63,748 nt of DNA from positions 1 through 63,748 of IMG/VR virus record IMGVR_UViG_3300042465_003545; one strand, 5' to 3'. Origin of the DNA: a virus. Lineage: Duplodnaviria > Caudoviricetes. The notes under the pieces are model-generated. The model saw nothing but the letters and a program-made list of their open reading frames with translations. It was not told the DNA's origin and searched no databases. Below are positions 18,735-33,000 of this stretch, in pieces. Each line of letters opens with the position of its first letter. Positions within the stretch are counted from its first letter, which is position 1. The position numbers and the translations under genes were made by a program.

Positions 18735-19882
18735 AAGTAATTGACCCCTACTCATACTACCCCACAGGGCACCTTGTCAAAGTTGCCCTGCGTAAAATAA
18801 GCAGCCAGTGGTATCTGTGCTACAGTAAGCTACTCGCTTTGGAGTGGCACGTCACTGACGACCCGAGCATCCCTTATGGTGCGACTGATGGGCGTCGCCT
18901 GATTCTCAACAACAAAGGAGTTGAAGAGATGGCAGACGGTGACCTCGGAGTGGACGCCCTAGTGTTCCTCCTGTGTCACGAGGCGCTCCACGCGTTGCTC
19001 GGTCACTCGTGGCGGGCTACTAAGCTCAGCAACAAGAAGCTAGCAAACATTGCTGCTGACTACATTGTCAACGCAATGATCGAAGACCAGAAGCTCAAGA
19101 CAATACCAGACATCTACCTCGACCACGGTGTATCTGGAGACTGGAGTCTTGAGCAGCTATACCGTAGACTGCTCAACGACGAGCCCCCGTCTGAGAAGAA
19201 CTCAACAGGGGACGACCTCGTTGAGATGGAGCTTGACAAGACAGAAGACCTAGAGGAGATCATCGATAAACTTAGCGCGGCTAACGAAGCCATGCTGGTT
19301 GCCGATGCCGCCCACGCAAAGTCCTCTGGTGAAGAAGCGACTCGTTGCTACGACCGAGGTAGCCCCACCCCCATACGCTGGCAAGATCTCCTTCGTGAGT
19401 TCTTCTGCGAGAAGATGCACAGTAGGTGGATCTCCCCTGTCAACCGTCCGATCTACGGCACAACCAAACTGGTGTGCCTCGGTCGTGCAAAGCAGCGGAG
19501 TGGGACGCTCGTGGTAGCCATCGACACCTCAGGGTCGGTAAACGCAAAGATGCTCAGTGACTTCCTATCAGAGGTCGAGACGATCATCGAGCAGACTAAC
19601 CCGATTGTCACCCACGTAATCAGCGCCTCTCATAGAGTGTGCGACCACGTGGTAGTGGAGCGGGGAGACCCGATTCCTGTATCCTTAAAAGGTGGAGGGG
19701 GAACTATGTTCCAACCAACCTTTGACTACATCACGGCACAGGGCATTGACCCCGCCGTGGTGGTGTATCTCACAGACGGATACGCCTGTGACGCAACTAA
19801 ACTAAACGACCCCGCCTACCCCATACTATGGGTGACGACAGGAGCCACTAATATGAACCACGGTGACATCATATCGGTATGA
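18731..19882 (+). CDS. Metallopeptidase (HExxH) plus vWA domain protein, DUF2201-like
   Basis: ATDG, HEALHALLGH, NIAADYIVN; MIDAS DTSGS, GGGGT and YLTDG. ATG at 18731 overlaps the upstream stop (alternative start 18722). Confidence 0.9.
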   Translation: MKVIDPYSYYPTGHLVKVALRKISSQWYLCYSKLLALEWHVTDDPSIPYGATDGRRLILNNKGVEEMADGDLGVDALVFLLCHEALHALLGHSWRATKLSNKKLANIAADYIVNAMIEDQKLKTIPDIYLDHGVSGDWSLEQLYRRLLNDEPPSEKNSTGDDLVEMELDKTEDLEEIIDKLSAANEAMLVADAAHAKSSGEEATRCYDRGSPTPIRWQDLLREFFCEKMHSRWISPVNRPIYGTTKLVCLGRAKQRSGTLVVAIDTSGSVNAKMLSDFLSEVETIIEQTNPIVTHVISASHRVCDHVVVERGDPIPVSLKGGGGTMFQPTFDYITAQGIDPAVVVYLTDGYACDATKLNDPAYPILWVTTGATNMNHGDIISV

Positions 19883-19911
19883 TTGACATCTCGCTACAAA
19901 CAGGGTATATC
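19883..19911 (+). promoter_or_regulatory. Sigma70-like promoter
   Basis: TTGACA-17-TATATC. Confidence 0.4.
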
Positions 19912-19940
19912 TTGCCCGACACATTAACTGACTATACATT

Positions 19941-20198
19941 ATGAAAACTAGACACTACATCCACTACGGTCCGCATATCCTAACAGTAATCGCGGAGCGT
20001 ATGGAGAACGTAAGAAGCGTCCTCTTCACAGCCTACGTGAATAACTGTTCCGTGAGATCACACCACCTTCAGAACGAAGAAGTTCGCAACTCGTGGGTGG
20101 CTGGGGTTTGGGCACTACTTGGAGGGGGAGACGACGACACTAGAGCAGAGCTCAGTGGCATTATCGATATTGAACTCAAAGCATTTAAGGGTGTGTGA
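19941..20198 (+). CDS. Hypothetical protein
   Basis: 85 aa with a TACATT-ATG leader. Confidence 0.65.
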   Translation: MKTRHYIHYGPHILTVIAERMENVRSVLFTAYVNNCSVRSHHLQNEEVRNSWVAGVWALLGGGDDDTRAELSGIIDIELKAFKGV

Positions 20199-20698
20199 CA
20201 ACGCTAGTAACTGTGTTCTCGGATGCCAGCATGTCCCCCGACAAGTGCGGGTGCGGCTGGTGGTTCAAGAGTGAAAGGGTAAGGGGTTCTGGTAGCCGTC
20301 AAATGGAAACTGGAACCCTGCACATTCACGAGGTAGAGTTGTGGGGAATCCGTAATGCGATACTCGAAGCCTGTCTCAGGCATCCAGTTGCCGATCTCAC
20401 TTTAGTTGTACAGTGCGACAACATCGGTGCATTACAAACTCTGCTAGCCCTGCGTAGTAAGAAGAAACTAAGAGTCCAATGGGCTAAGTCGTCTCCTCTT
20501 AAACAGCACGGCTATCGTAAGAACTTGAGCGACCCCGAGAGGGAGTGGCTCAAAGATATCAAGGAGAGTGGGGTGACCACCATCTACTTGAAACATGTTA
20601 AGGGTCACACGGGGAGTCGGGACGCCCGCTCTGTCGTCAACAAACTGACTGACGAGTTAGCAAGTAAAGCAAGACTAAAAGATAATACCAATGCCTAA
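20195..20698 (+). CDS. Ribonuclease HI-like protein
   Basis: FSDAS, EVELWG, QCDN, KHVKGH and NKLTDELA match the RNase H D-E-D-H-D pattern. Confidence 0.85.
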   Translation: MTTLVTVFSDASMSPDKCGCGWWFKSERVRGSGSRQMETGTLHIHEVELWGIRNAILEACLRHPVADLTLVVQCDNIGALQTLLALRSKKKLRVQWAKSSPLKQHGYRKNLSDPEREWLKDIKESGVTTIYLKHVKGHTGSRDARSVVNKLTDELASKARLKDNTNA

Positions 20699-20897
20699 AA
20701 AGAAAAATAGAAAAGAAGGTCACATGTATACGGTGACGAAGCGGGGTAAGACCCATGTTGAATCCAACTCATGTTGGTGTGAGCCAGCCATCCTAGATAT
20801 GGGGGGCTCGACCATCGCGGTGCACACTGGATCAAAGAAAGGAGAGTTAGTCTCTGTCGTCATAGACACCGTGACAGGAGAGAGGTTAATAGTATGA
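20691..20897 (+). CDS. Small hypothetical protein
   Basis: 68 aa with H...CWCEP...VH, possibly metal-binding. Confidence 0.6.
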   Translation: MPKKKNRKEGHMYTVTKRGKTHVESNSCWCEPAILDMGGSTIAVHTGSKKGELVSVVIDTVTGERLIV

Positions 20898-20986
20898 ACC
20901 ACGAAGACGCGACACTAGTCGCGGTAGTAATCGGTTGGCTGCTCCCAGCCGCGATCGCTGCCATCGCAGCCCTGATTAACCTGTAA
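20894..20986 (+). CDS. 30-aa membrane peptide
   Basis: MNHEDATLVAVVIGWLLPAAIAAIAALINL*; ATGA overlap upstream and a terminator downstream. Confidence 0.5.
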   Translation: MNHEDATLVAVVIGWLLPAAIAAIAALINL

Positions 20987-20994
20987 TAAAACTC

Positions 20995-21033
20995 AGCCCA
21001 CCCTAAGCGTAATGCTCGGGGTGGGCTTTTTTT
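20995..21033 (+). terminator. Rho-independent terminator at a convergent junction
   Basis: AGCCCACCC...GGGTGGGCT followed by a T tract. Confidence 0.8.
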
Positions 21034-24000
21034 ATTTGATATTTCGGACACTGGTTTCACGGGGCATCGAGTCGTAGGCTCTGTCTATCATAGCGGATCG
21101 CTCTCGGGCATCGGCCTCCCCAGTTTGAGTTACGTTATCAATCATACCCTTCTCCCAATCTGCGTTGCCTCTCCATGTCGTATTGCGCCCCTCGATAGCC
21201 TCAGCCACCCGTTTCTTGCTCATACCTGTAGCTACCGCACGCTGCACGATCACTCGCTCGCTAGTCCCAACACTGCGCATAGCGTTCATAAACTGGTGGA
21301 GCCTTGCCTGTGTTCTATCGTCGGCTTCCTGTGTGGTTACCATGATGTCTCGGACATCTTCCTCACTGATCGCACGACCAGAGCTAAGCGCGGACCGTTG
21401 GCGTTTGATACTATCAGACTCAGACTTCAGCGAGTAGAATCCTGCGCGGGCTACTTGGTCCAGCGTGTAGACTTTAGGTCTTGCACCGAGGAACTCACCC
21501 GCCCAGATGTAGTCTGGGTTGGCTTCTCCTTTGCGTGTTGAAGCCTGTATCTTGGCTACAATTCCTGGCTTATACGCCTGAGCTCCTACGTAGGTAATCA
21601 TCTTACGAACTTGCACTAGGCTGTCATCAGTCTCTTCGTAGATCTTTTGCCCAAAATCATTCTGGTTATTCACGATGTCAAGAACTGCTCCCGATGCGAT
21701 CTGTGACCCTACGAATTGAGAAGCAAAGTAGCTCGCCAGTTTCTTAGTGTCGACCCCCTTGCCCGTTGCGAGTCCCTCACGAATGATCGTGGCGGAGTCA
21801 ATGAGCGTAGCGTAAGGATGGATAGCTGTCATGTCGATAACAGATAGCTCGCGACCGTTAGTAGTCACGCGCAGTGAGTGACCCTTCTGGTATTCTGGGT
21901 ATGCCACACGTAGTGCAGAGAGCACGGCTGGATCATCTACTACCACTGCGTTCTTGTCCTTGTCTTTGTCCTCTTCGTCGTCTTGACCAGTGAAGAGACG
22001 GAACGCGGCAGCCAGCACACTGTTTAGTGCAGTCATTCCCATAGTAGTTACTGTAGCGGACCCTGCTAGGCGACGAAGTCCCCTGACAAACATGCGGCTA
22101 TTGCCGCTGGTTATTTCACGATAGGCTAACTTTTGCGTGTTAACATATGTGCGGAGCACCTCAGTTTTCCAGCGTGCAAATGGGAACACAAACAACGAGA
22201 GCGGGTTCCTATTGAACGAGCGAACAATGTCAAGTTGCTCACTATGACTAGGCATTGTGAGTTTAACTTTGGTCGCAGCTTGCTCGCTGTGCCACTCAGC
22301 GGTGTTGCTCGGGTAAGCTTTGGCAAGTTCATTCTTCTCGAAGAAATAAACTTGAGCCTTACATGCGTCGTCAACCCATGAGTTGACTGCCGCAAGGAAC
22401 TCAATAGTACCCTTAGCCCCACCAGCCACGCGACTCGCCATGTTTTGCAGTGCGTTAAGATCTCCCTTTGACGCAACCTTAATGATGTCGTCCATTGCTG
22501 TTTCAAATGTAACCCCAGCGCGATCGGCGTAGCCCCTCATCAGGTCATCAAACTGACCACGAGATGAGCTATCTCGAAGAACACCAAGACGGATAAGCTC
22601 TTGAATCTCAGCGAGTTCTGCTTCCGTTGCGTCCTTTCCGCGAGATTCAAAGTTGGCAATACCCGACAACCTGTAAGACTTGTATAAGTCAAGACCTGAA
22701 GATGCGAGTGGTATGATACCCTGAGCCGCGATCAGAACTACTTGGTTGGACAGAATGTTCCGCGTGTAGAACCCGATAGTCATCAAGGTCTTCGTGGTCA
22801 TCGCTGCTCCTGACATCTTAGCCAGCCCGCCAGTCACCTTATTAAGAACACCCTCAGTGTGCTTCATAAGCTTACGCGCGTTAGATCCAAACTCTGCCTC
22901 TAGTTCTTTTGCAATATCTGCGCGGACATAAAGTCCTCCGAGTGGCTCCCTCGACTTAGTTACACCTGTGCCAAATATCTGAACGTATCCCGCTTTCTCT
23001 GTATCAGACCCAAGACCCGATAGTAGCAGCGAGTCTTTGATCGCTGTGAGAGCTTTTTTGTTCGCGGCGAGAACACCAACGTAGTGCAGTGTGCGCAGCG
23101 CGTTCTCCATTGGGTTCTTGGTTTCACCAAGTAGTTCGCGAACGGCTGAGTCCACATTGTTCTTCGGCATGAATCGACGAAGATCTTGTGATAGTGACTC
23201 CCCTTTGTCGACAGTCGCGTTTTCACTCAACCATTTTAGTAGGTTATCAAGTTTGTCCTGAACTCCTCTAGTGAGAAGTGATGGGGTAAGTGTCGTGCCC
23301 GCTTCGGCATATTCGGCTATGACGTCAGCCTCGTAAGACTGGGCGGCTTTAGCCCGAAGATCTCCGAAGTTAATCTCTTCTCCGTTGAGTCGATACGTTG
23401 CCCCATCAGCGTCACGTGCTGCGCTCGCCCACCCCTCCGTGTTAAAGAACTTGTAGGTTCGGGTGAGGTAGATACCTGCGGAGTGGCTGTAGCCGATGGC
23501 GTCTTGGCGCTTGTCGATCTCCTTACGGAACAGCTGTAGGAACTTAGAGAACTCAGGAGCGATAGCGTCCATACGGGCTGTCGCTGCTTTTTGGTTATTA
23601 AGGAACGCGGTATCCTGAATCTTTTTCTCTGCGGCAAGAGCCCGAGTCTTCTCTGCGCTGACGAGTTTATCTACTTCATCAACGGGAGTCCCCGAAGCTA
23701 TGGTCTTGCGAAACGCTTCCACTACTACGTCAACCCGAGCAACCGCAGCGTCGTCCATTGTGGGCGCCGTAGTCCCGAGAATCATACCAACGTCGTTAAT
23801 GTCGGCACCTGCTTTGAGTGCGGGTTCTAGGAAGCGTTTGTAGTGAGGAGCGAAACGCTCCATCAGAAACTGAGCCGCCCGAATATCACCCTCACGATCT
23901 CGCACAAGCTTGTTAATATCAGCGGGTAAGTTGCGTATCAGCTTTGATATACGTCCCCACACAGTCTCTACTGTAGTATTCTTTTTGTCAGCGAAAGCAA

Positions 24001-27000
24001 TAGGCTGCACAAAGAAAGCTTGGTTGCCTTGACCCGTGCGAATAGCCTCGATTAGCTCAGCCGTATGACCTACTCCTTCTTGTGGTTCAGGTTCCGCTTT
24101 CGGGATACCGTTGTTCAGAAGATCTTCGTAGATACGAGAAGCCTTAGAGATGTCAGCAGCAACACCGAGCGAGAACGAATCTTTTTGACCGCCTCGTAGA
24201 ATTGCTAGGAACTCTTGGAAGTATTTCAAGAACGTGCCGATCAATGTTTTGTTGCCTTTCAACTCACGAATCACTTCTTCCGTTGACTTACCATTCACGG
24301 CTTTCTCAACCTTGGAACGGAACCACTCGGCGGCTAGCACACGATCGGTCAACTGTCCGCTGCTGCGATCTTCTTCGATCACGCGCTTGCGTTCTGCTAC
24401 GTCGGGGTAAGCCGCACGGTAGTAATCACTGGCGACTTTATCCATGATGTCAGAGCCGAGTCCCTCAGCCACAGCATCGTAGTCTTCGGGCTTCATTACT
24501 GCGTTGGCAGCAACGTGGGCAACCTCATGTTTAATCAGGGTAGAAAGAATCTGATCTTGCAACTCAGGATCAGCGTCCTCGACAGAACGGGCGGCGACTT
24601 CAGGGTTGAACATTATTGTGCTACCTTTGACACCAAATGGTTGAGTGATAAAAGTATCCTCCACAAGGTTAAATCCTGCGGGTAAGATATTACGGATTCG
24701 GGATTCGATTGAGCTAGGCGGTTTGGTGCCCTCAGCAACTACAGAAAGTGTATTTTGGGGAGGAACGAATATCTGATTCTGCATATAGCTCAAGTAAAAT
24801 AGCGCGTCATACGGCATCCCTGCAACTTCTTGGGAGACACGCTCCGCAACTACGTCGCGTTCTGCGCCATTAGTGAACCGCCCCGAGGTCCTACCCTCCT
24901 CAAATTGAGGAGTAAAGACTTTACTAATCCTATTGCCTGCCTCCTCCTGCAACGTCTGTATCCTGTCTGAGTTGAACCCTCGGATGACGAGTGCGTCATG
25001 TGAGCCCGCCCTCATGCGCTCTAGCATAGCAGTTTCTAGCACAATTCGTGCGTACCCGCGTTCCTTACTTTGCTTTTCCGCCTCTGTAAACAGTTCTAAA
25101 TAAGAAGCTGGGGTGATGACAAGTGGGTTCCGCGCATTGATGGTAACCTCATTTCTAAACGCTCCCCGCGTCCACCTACCCATGTTCGACCACATAGCTT
25201 CGTCCTGCTCTTCCATCGCATAGAACCCATTACCGAACACGTTGTCCCTTTCCTCTTGGCTCACTTCATTTTTGAGCGACATGGGCTCACGAGAAAAATG
25301 GATTGCACGAATCGAGAGACTGGGTTCCTCGCTCGGAGAGAACCTGATGTCGTTGCTCATCGGACTGAAACGCTCCTGAAGCGGGACTCCAGTGAAAGGT
25401 TCGGCTGATTTAATTTGAGCTGGTGACTTTGTAATATACTCAGCAACTTCTACGCCACCGAGTCCTTGTTCAGTCCCAGTAATCGAATCGTAACCGTCAG
25501 TGTCAGCCTCAGTGATGTAACTATTTGGAGTCCCCACACCTGCTACCGTCTCATACGACGGTTTGATTAGGGTGTTCCCAAGATTCAAAAAGAATTTACC
25601 AGCAAGCCTAGAGTTCGACTTACCAGATCTGTTCACGTTCTTAGGAGAGAAGTAGAACCACCCACCAAAGTCACCAGCCATACTACTATCGAACTCAGTA
25701 AATTGTTCTGGAGAGCTTGTATAGTGCCATGCCTCAGTGTCGAACCCAACACCCCGAGCCGCTTTATCAACAAGGGCTTGTGCCTCCGCCAACTCATCAG
25801 GAGTCAGGGAGCCTTTGCGGGACTCAAGATCAGCGTGTCGGGCGTAATCTGCGCCAGTTAGCGCGTTGCCCGCAAAACGAAGATTCATATCCCCACCAGC
25901 CATCGACTCGATGAGGTCCATTGTTTTGTTGTTCAGTCGGATACGCGCCCTGTCGTAAGCAGCGTCAGCCGCGTCAACAGCCGAGCGTTGTTTAATGGAA
26001 GCGGAACGCGACCCATAAGTCATAGCTGACATGTCTACAAAGCGGATAAGCTCATCGAGTGCCGTGTCTACTTGCTTGCTGCGATTTCCAAAGATGCTGG
26101 TTATCGCATCCCATATACGCTGCAACCAACTACGACCGCCAGCGACTTCGACATTACGTAGAATATCTTGAACGTGTTTGTCAGTGAATACCGCAGAGAG
26201 GAACTCTTCGTTGTCCGAGAACGCGTGGCGGTAGAACGCATCGTCTACTGGGAACCCTGCTTCCGTAAACTTACGCTTAGCAAGAATACGTAGGGACTCA
26301 ATACGTTTGGCGATCTTAGGATCTTTCAGCGCATTGACAGTAAGCGCGTGGGTTAACTCATGAATGAGGACGTCACCAAGACCACGACCATTGTGCCCTG
26401 CCATGTTGAGGATCACGAGGGTGTCATTGATATAAAGCCCAGCAACCTGAGGATCGATGTTGGTCATCGATACTCGAATCTGCGACACGATGTCGAGATT
26501 GCTCAGTAGTAGGTTAGCCATGATCCTAAGGTGAGGTGCTCCGTTCTTGGCGATGTGGCGCAAAGCTTTCTCGGTGCTTTCGTTTAGCCCCATCTCTTGA
26601 GCCTCCTGAGTATTGATTCGGATGCGCTCGTCGATAAGTCTGACTGCGGTATCACTCAGCGAAGCGCGTATGTTTCTACCAGTAGTGCGCGTGCTGAGCT
26701 CGACGCGCATCATGTTCAGTTTAGTTTGTAGCGCGTTCAAATTACTGCGGGCTTCCACCGCCCTTGTTTCGATCGGTGTGAGTTGGTCCTGTATAGCTTG
26801 ATAATCTGCCTGAGCTTTCTCAAGACGTGCGGTAGCTTCGACTGACGCGGCTGCCGTGTCTACTTCTTGCAAGCTAACAGTCGTCGCCATCGCAACAGAA
26901 TCACGGGTATACTGCGCCTCGCTCTCCGCCAACGCCGCTTCGTCTGCTAGCGGAACTCTACTACCTTCAGCTTCGGTGATTTGCTCCCGCAACTTAATAG

Positions 27001-30000
27001 TCTTAGCCGACACTACATCAGGCACGTCCAACTTGCGCCTTTCGATCTCAAGATCCACTGCCTTTTGGCGGAGACCTTCGAGCGATTTAGACACTGTTTG
27101 TATCTCTAACTCTTTAGCCGCTATAAGGGCATCGTTCTCATACTCAGCATCTGAAAGCTGCTTTATTTCTTTTTTGATCTCACTTTTGCGTTTGGCAGCG
27201 GGCTTTTTCCTAGGGTTGTTTAGCTCAACAATAAGTATAGCTCTGTCTTCTCTAAAGGCGTCAGTAGTATCCCTAATACCCCGAATGTCATCGCGGATAG
27301 AGCGAATGTTAGCCATTGCACTGTCCCTATTCTGGATAGCCTTATTGGACGCGACTACGGTTGGATGCTTATCAAGAGCGGTACCCGACGCAACTTCATC
27401 TAGGCTCATACTCCTTGCGAGTTGAGATTTAAGATCAGCAACTTTGTTATCAAATGATAACAGAGCTTCTGCCGCTTTCTGAGTTCGTGCCTCTGCTTTT
27501 TTAAGCGCGTTCACTTCTTTAGTCGCGGCTTTCTTAGTCGGGGCTGCTGCCTGTTTCGACTCGTTGAACGCTACCTGAGCCTCACCAAGAACTTCAGACG
27601 CCTTCTGGAGTTTCGCGCCAAGTTTGGAGCCCTTATTACTCATGTCTTGGACAGCCTTCTTTTGCTCATTAACCAACTTAGGAAGCTCAGCCTCAAGGGT
27701 CGCGATAGTTTGTCTAAGGTCGGCTACTGTAGCCTCACCGAAACGAATAGTCCTAGTATTGTAACCGCGCACAGGCTGCGGTTTCGGAGCCCCGAGTTCG
27801 GGTTCAGGTATCGGGGTTACGGTAGCCCCTTGGTAGAACTCAGTTAGGTGTTTACGGACACTGTAAAATTTAACGCCCTTTTGTAGCGATTCGACAACTC
27901 GCTTAAAGTGGTTTACTTTTCGAGTGAGCGGATGCACACCACTTATGATGTCTATCTGCCCTTCTTTATGTTTGCGCATCTCAAGTAATTCGTCCAACTC
28001 TATGTTTAACGCACTGACTCTGACTTGGGCTTCAATGACAGTCATATTTGCGTATTCCTTATTCCTATTACGGAACTCTTGGTTATCCGCATTGGCTATG
28101 AATGAATTAAGGGAGCGGATAGAGTTACTAAGGCCACCTTTCCGATCTTCTATGTGTGAAATTTGTTCTTGTAGCCCCTTGATTAAATTCCGTGCGTCTT
28201 CAGTGATAATTATTCTAACACTACCTCTTTGTTTTACAGCAAGTTTTAGAAAATTCTCTGCGGTGGTCAGCGCCTTACGATGGTCTGCTTCTCGTTGAAT
28301 CAGTCTACGAATACCCGCACCTTCTTCTGACGTAGTGATCTTGACCACGCTATCGTAGTAGTCGTTAATAAAGTCTAGCTCGTTGGGGCCTTTTTTGGTT
28401 TCCTGTTTCGTTGGCGGACGTAGCGTTCCACGAGTAATCGGAAGCGTCTCTAATCGAGCTTGCACATCTTTGACAGACGGGGCTTGATCCATACCCTCAA
28501 ACTGAGCCCGATCAGGGAGCCAACCGAGATAATACATATACGCCGCAAGTTTGCGACCTTCTGTCGACGTGCTGAGATTTTTCACAGCATCACCCATAAC
28601 CAATAGCTTAGCGCCGAAACCGTAGGAGGTGTTGCCCGATACTTTTCCAGCTATGTTTACGTTGTAGAGCAACGCACTGATGACCGAGGATACACTAGAC
28701 TCATCATTGATAACCGTAGTAGGGTCTAGTTTGTTAACTAAGTCCACGAGTAGCGCCCTGATCATTGGGTCGCCCTCTGCGGCTGCGGTAAGAGAATCTT
28801 CCGTATTAGCATAAGAGTATTCTACGTCCTCGCTACTTGCAGCCCCAAGAATGTCAGACATCCTATCCAGTTTGCTTGAGAACGTGTCAAAGTCTTCTCG
28901 GAGGTTTGCCTCTAGGGTGAAACTACCTTCTTCCGACGCGGTCAAAAGAGCGTCGAACGAGGTAGATGGCACTTGGGACGCAACATTTGATTTCTTTGTG
29001 CGGTGACGTCCGTGAACTTCTGTTAGTATTTTACCTAGGTCTGGTGGGCTTGTGAAGTCGCTATACCTAGACGTAAAGTCAGCGTCGGGGACAAACAATT
29101 TTAGTCCAAGAGATTTCTGGAGCATGAACATTCCAAAGTTGGATAGGATAGCCCGATGGCGCACCTCTCCCGTAAAATTCATACCCTTAGAAAGATGCGG
29201 GAACGTCTTCTCTATTGTGGCCGCCGCCAATTCAAGCTTCACGCCCGCTGCTATGAAATTGCTCATAGCCTGTGCATCAAGGATTCCTCGAAGCTGCGCT
29301 TCAGACATTTCAGATACCGCTTCTTTTAGCGCCTTACGATTAGTTATGAAGTTAGCTTGTTGCTCGGGATCTACAGAAAGGAATAAAGTGCCATCTTTAT
29401 CTTGTGATGCTACCGCGTAATTCCAATTACCTACTTTGCCCTTGAACTGAATAGAGCGTGCGACTAGATCTGATACTCTGCTAGCCAGCACGAACATTCT
29501 CAACGCCGCAGTATATCCTATTACAGTATCGCCAATTATGTTAATCCGTTGTTGCTCGTCCCCTACTCTAAGGGTCTTGCTAGAAGCTAAAAAATCTCTA
29601 GTATTTACCCAAAGACTATTGAACAAATCTTCCGCGTTACTAGACGTAGGATTTATTACTTTAACGTAAGCCTGTGGTATCTCTTGGAAAGCAGATGAAA
29701 TATCCAGCGCATCCATGATGTTGTTAAGATTGGACGAAGCGCTAGTAGCGTTCTGCCCTTGGTTCTGTTCGTAAGGTGGCTCTACGTGAGTTACGAAACC
29801 ATTTACTACATTGATTGATGGGTTCAGCTTACCAAGATACTTATCGTCAACAAATATACCTGCGGTGCCCCCAGCCTCAAGCTGCGCCATAGTAATCGCG
29901 GGGTCATTAGTGAACACCATCGATTGGGTTTTTTTACCGTCTCTATCGGTTATAGTCTCGGACACAATAGGAGCCTTAACGGACGCCCCCTCCGCGTTAG

Positions 30001-33000
30001 TCCACTTGATATAGTCACTCTGGTTAAACGCTTTGTATTCCTCTGTCGTTGTAGGCACGTTGAACGTCGGATATTTTTCTTGGATAAGTTCTCTGAGATA
30101 CAGGCGCTTGCCCAACATGTAGGAGTTAGGGTTAGCCTCATCAATTCCTTTTGGGTTGAATATTCTACGGAAATCAGTAACGGGATACCCGTGGGCGACA
30201 AGCAAATCAAAAGCTTGTCTCTCTTCTTCCGTTCTAAACTTGTCCCACTTGTCCCGAGTGCTGTAGTCCACAATAGACGGTACTTTTTTATTCCGCTCTT
30301 TTTCTGCCGCTCTCTCAAGGGCTTCAGCCATAGCAGTGTCTGCCTTTGCTACGTAGTCATCCAACTGACTTAACGCAAAACTAGTAGCGACATCGAAGCT
30401 GTCTACTCCCTGCTCAGCGTTTTCTAGTGCGGCCATCTCGTTACTATAGCGGGTCTCAGTGCTCTTCAGTAGCTGCTCATACTTATCCTTGTTTTGGGCA
30501 TAAGCTTTACGGCTCCGAGGATTGTCCATGTCGGAGGTCCATCGATCCATTTTTTGTTTAAGTTCAAGTAGCGGTTTGATTATACGCTGTAACGTCTTTG
30601 TAATATCCGATACTGTGCGCGTGTCTACCTCGTCTTCAGTAGCGCCCGCCTCATCTTCAGTAGTGCCCTCCGCGTTGATAGGAGTGATACTCACGTCAGC
30701 AGGGGCTAGCTCAATATCCGCAAACCACTGGGAGCCCATGATTCTTACGGGGGCCATGTCCGCAATAGCAGCACCTTCTTTGGCTGCCATCTCGCGCATG
30801 TTCTCTAAGATATACTGGCGTTTACTACCGTCCTTTATGATGTTCTTTGAAAAAAGCTTACTGAATTGTGGGCTCAGTAAGTGTTCTTGGATCGCGGGGT
30901 CACCCGATACCCAAGCAGCTTCACTAGGAGTAAGCGCCTCGGTCCCAGTTCCTAGCGTAACGCCAGCAAACTTGAGACTCTGCGGCGACGGAGCTTCTTT
31001 TTCGATCTCGGGTTCCTCGTTCACTATACTTATGAAGGGAGTGAAATCTATTTGTGACACATTAACGGTAGCAGATATACCATCGAAACCTATAGTGACC
31101 TTCGTCCTCGCTACTTTCTCAACGACACCCTCGCGGACAGTTCCTTTGTATTGGAACTTGACAGTAGTGACCGCCCCGCTGCGTAGGGCTTTCATTACAC
31201 TACTGCGCTGCTCTTCGGGTATCTCAACAAAGTCGCTAGTGCCCTCGTCTTCTTCATCGACGTAGATCATGTTGTAGACTCTGGTTGCTTCTTCGAGTTC
31301 TTCGGCTAAGTCTACACTCTCTGGGTTCGTCTCCACAGCGAGTTCAAGGTTGCTGATGACTTGCTCTAACTCCTCTTGACCTAGGTTGGCGTAATCAAAA
31401 TCAATCTCTGGGTCGAGTATCGTAGATTGGCTAGGCACTAATACTCCCTTATCGACATTAAGTGGCTCGCCGCCTTTGACAATAAGATGGGCGATTGCTC
31501 TGTTCTTTTGTAATCTGTCCGTATTAACTTTGGCATTAAACGCCTTAGCGGCTTCCGCTTGCTCTGCGGGAGTCCTGCCATACGTGTCAACTTCCAGATA
31601 GTCATCCGCGTTCTCAGAATACTCTGCGGCGTCTCCTTTGACACTACCTCCCATAGCCCTAAACGCATCGGACACTTTATCACGAAACTCTTCCGTGGGC
31701 ATATTACCAGCAGGGTCAACTTTCTTAGCGATATAATCCCCAACCACACTAGCGGTCGAGGGCTCTATTCCCGCACTAGTAAGTATCTTCTCCGCAATTT
31801 TGCTACGTCCTTTATTGGTTACTGTTTCTACTTCAGCTAGCTCGCCATCAGGTTCTGCGACAACATCGATCTCAGCTTCAGCGGCGGGCGCGTCTTCCGT
31901 AGCAGCCGCTTTCTTCCCCCTCTTTTTAGTCGTGGTAGTTTTATTTACTTCGGCTGCGGCAGTAGCATCCTGTTTCCGTTGCTCTTTAATCTGCGCCTTT
32001 TGTTTATCTTTCCGTTCTTTATTCAGCTTGGAACTACCTTCGATAGGCGGTGTGTTCTTCTCCGCCTCAACCTGTTCTGTGGTCCGTGGCTCCAGTGATA
32101 TTCCGTAGTATCTAGCCGTCTCAACAAGAGCATCTTCTTGTGTGATGTGGATATCCATAGTGCTGTCGCCTCCTATGCTCTTGGCACGGAAAACAGTTAG
32201 CCCTACAGCCTTGCCTTTTTTGTTGTAGCTTACTTTTGTAGCTGGTCGGTAACTCGCATGAGGAAGCGCGTAGTTGATCGTCCCTCTCTTCACGACAGGC
32301 GAGCCCGCTTTGATCTGACCCTCTTCATTCTTAGTAACCTTAATGCGTGACTTGCGCTCGATTCTACCCGACGCTTTATCCGCAGGGTCTCCTAAAACTA
32401 CAGAAGTTTCTCCCGTCTTCAAAGGTTTGAAGAACTCAAGAATCATGTTTCCTGCACCGTCTCGCATTACCTTACCGCCATTGCCATCAAAGTAAGCAGT
32501 GCTAAACTCGTAGTCAGCAAGAAGCCCCGTAGTCGGATCGGATACAGGGTCCCAGTCTACGGTCTCTAGCTCAGCGATTGTTTCAGGAGTAACCGCTGTA
32601 TCGACTGGCGTCTCCTTAGGGAGATTAGACTCTGCGATGACCGCGGCGAGTGCTTCTGCCGTTTTCGGGGCTCCAGCATCTGTAAGCTTGCCAGAGATCT
32701 CCCCGAACAACTGGAGACGCGCAGACATAATCTTGCGGTCTTCGTTCAGCTTTCCTTTCTGTGTGAGTGTAGGGGCTAACTGTGGGGCTACGTTGAACCC
32801 TACGCCCATGAGACCACCGAGACCAGCGGCATACCAGATATTCTTACCTATCTCTGCGATGGGCGTGTCGCGGTTCAGCGCGGCGTCTTCCACCATCATT
32901 TGAAACGCTTGATCGACGCCCTCCTCGAAAGCTTCTCCGCCCCCCTCTCTAGCCCCAGAAACAAGAAACTGTTTAACGGCGCCAGAAGTAGCTTTGCGAA

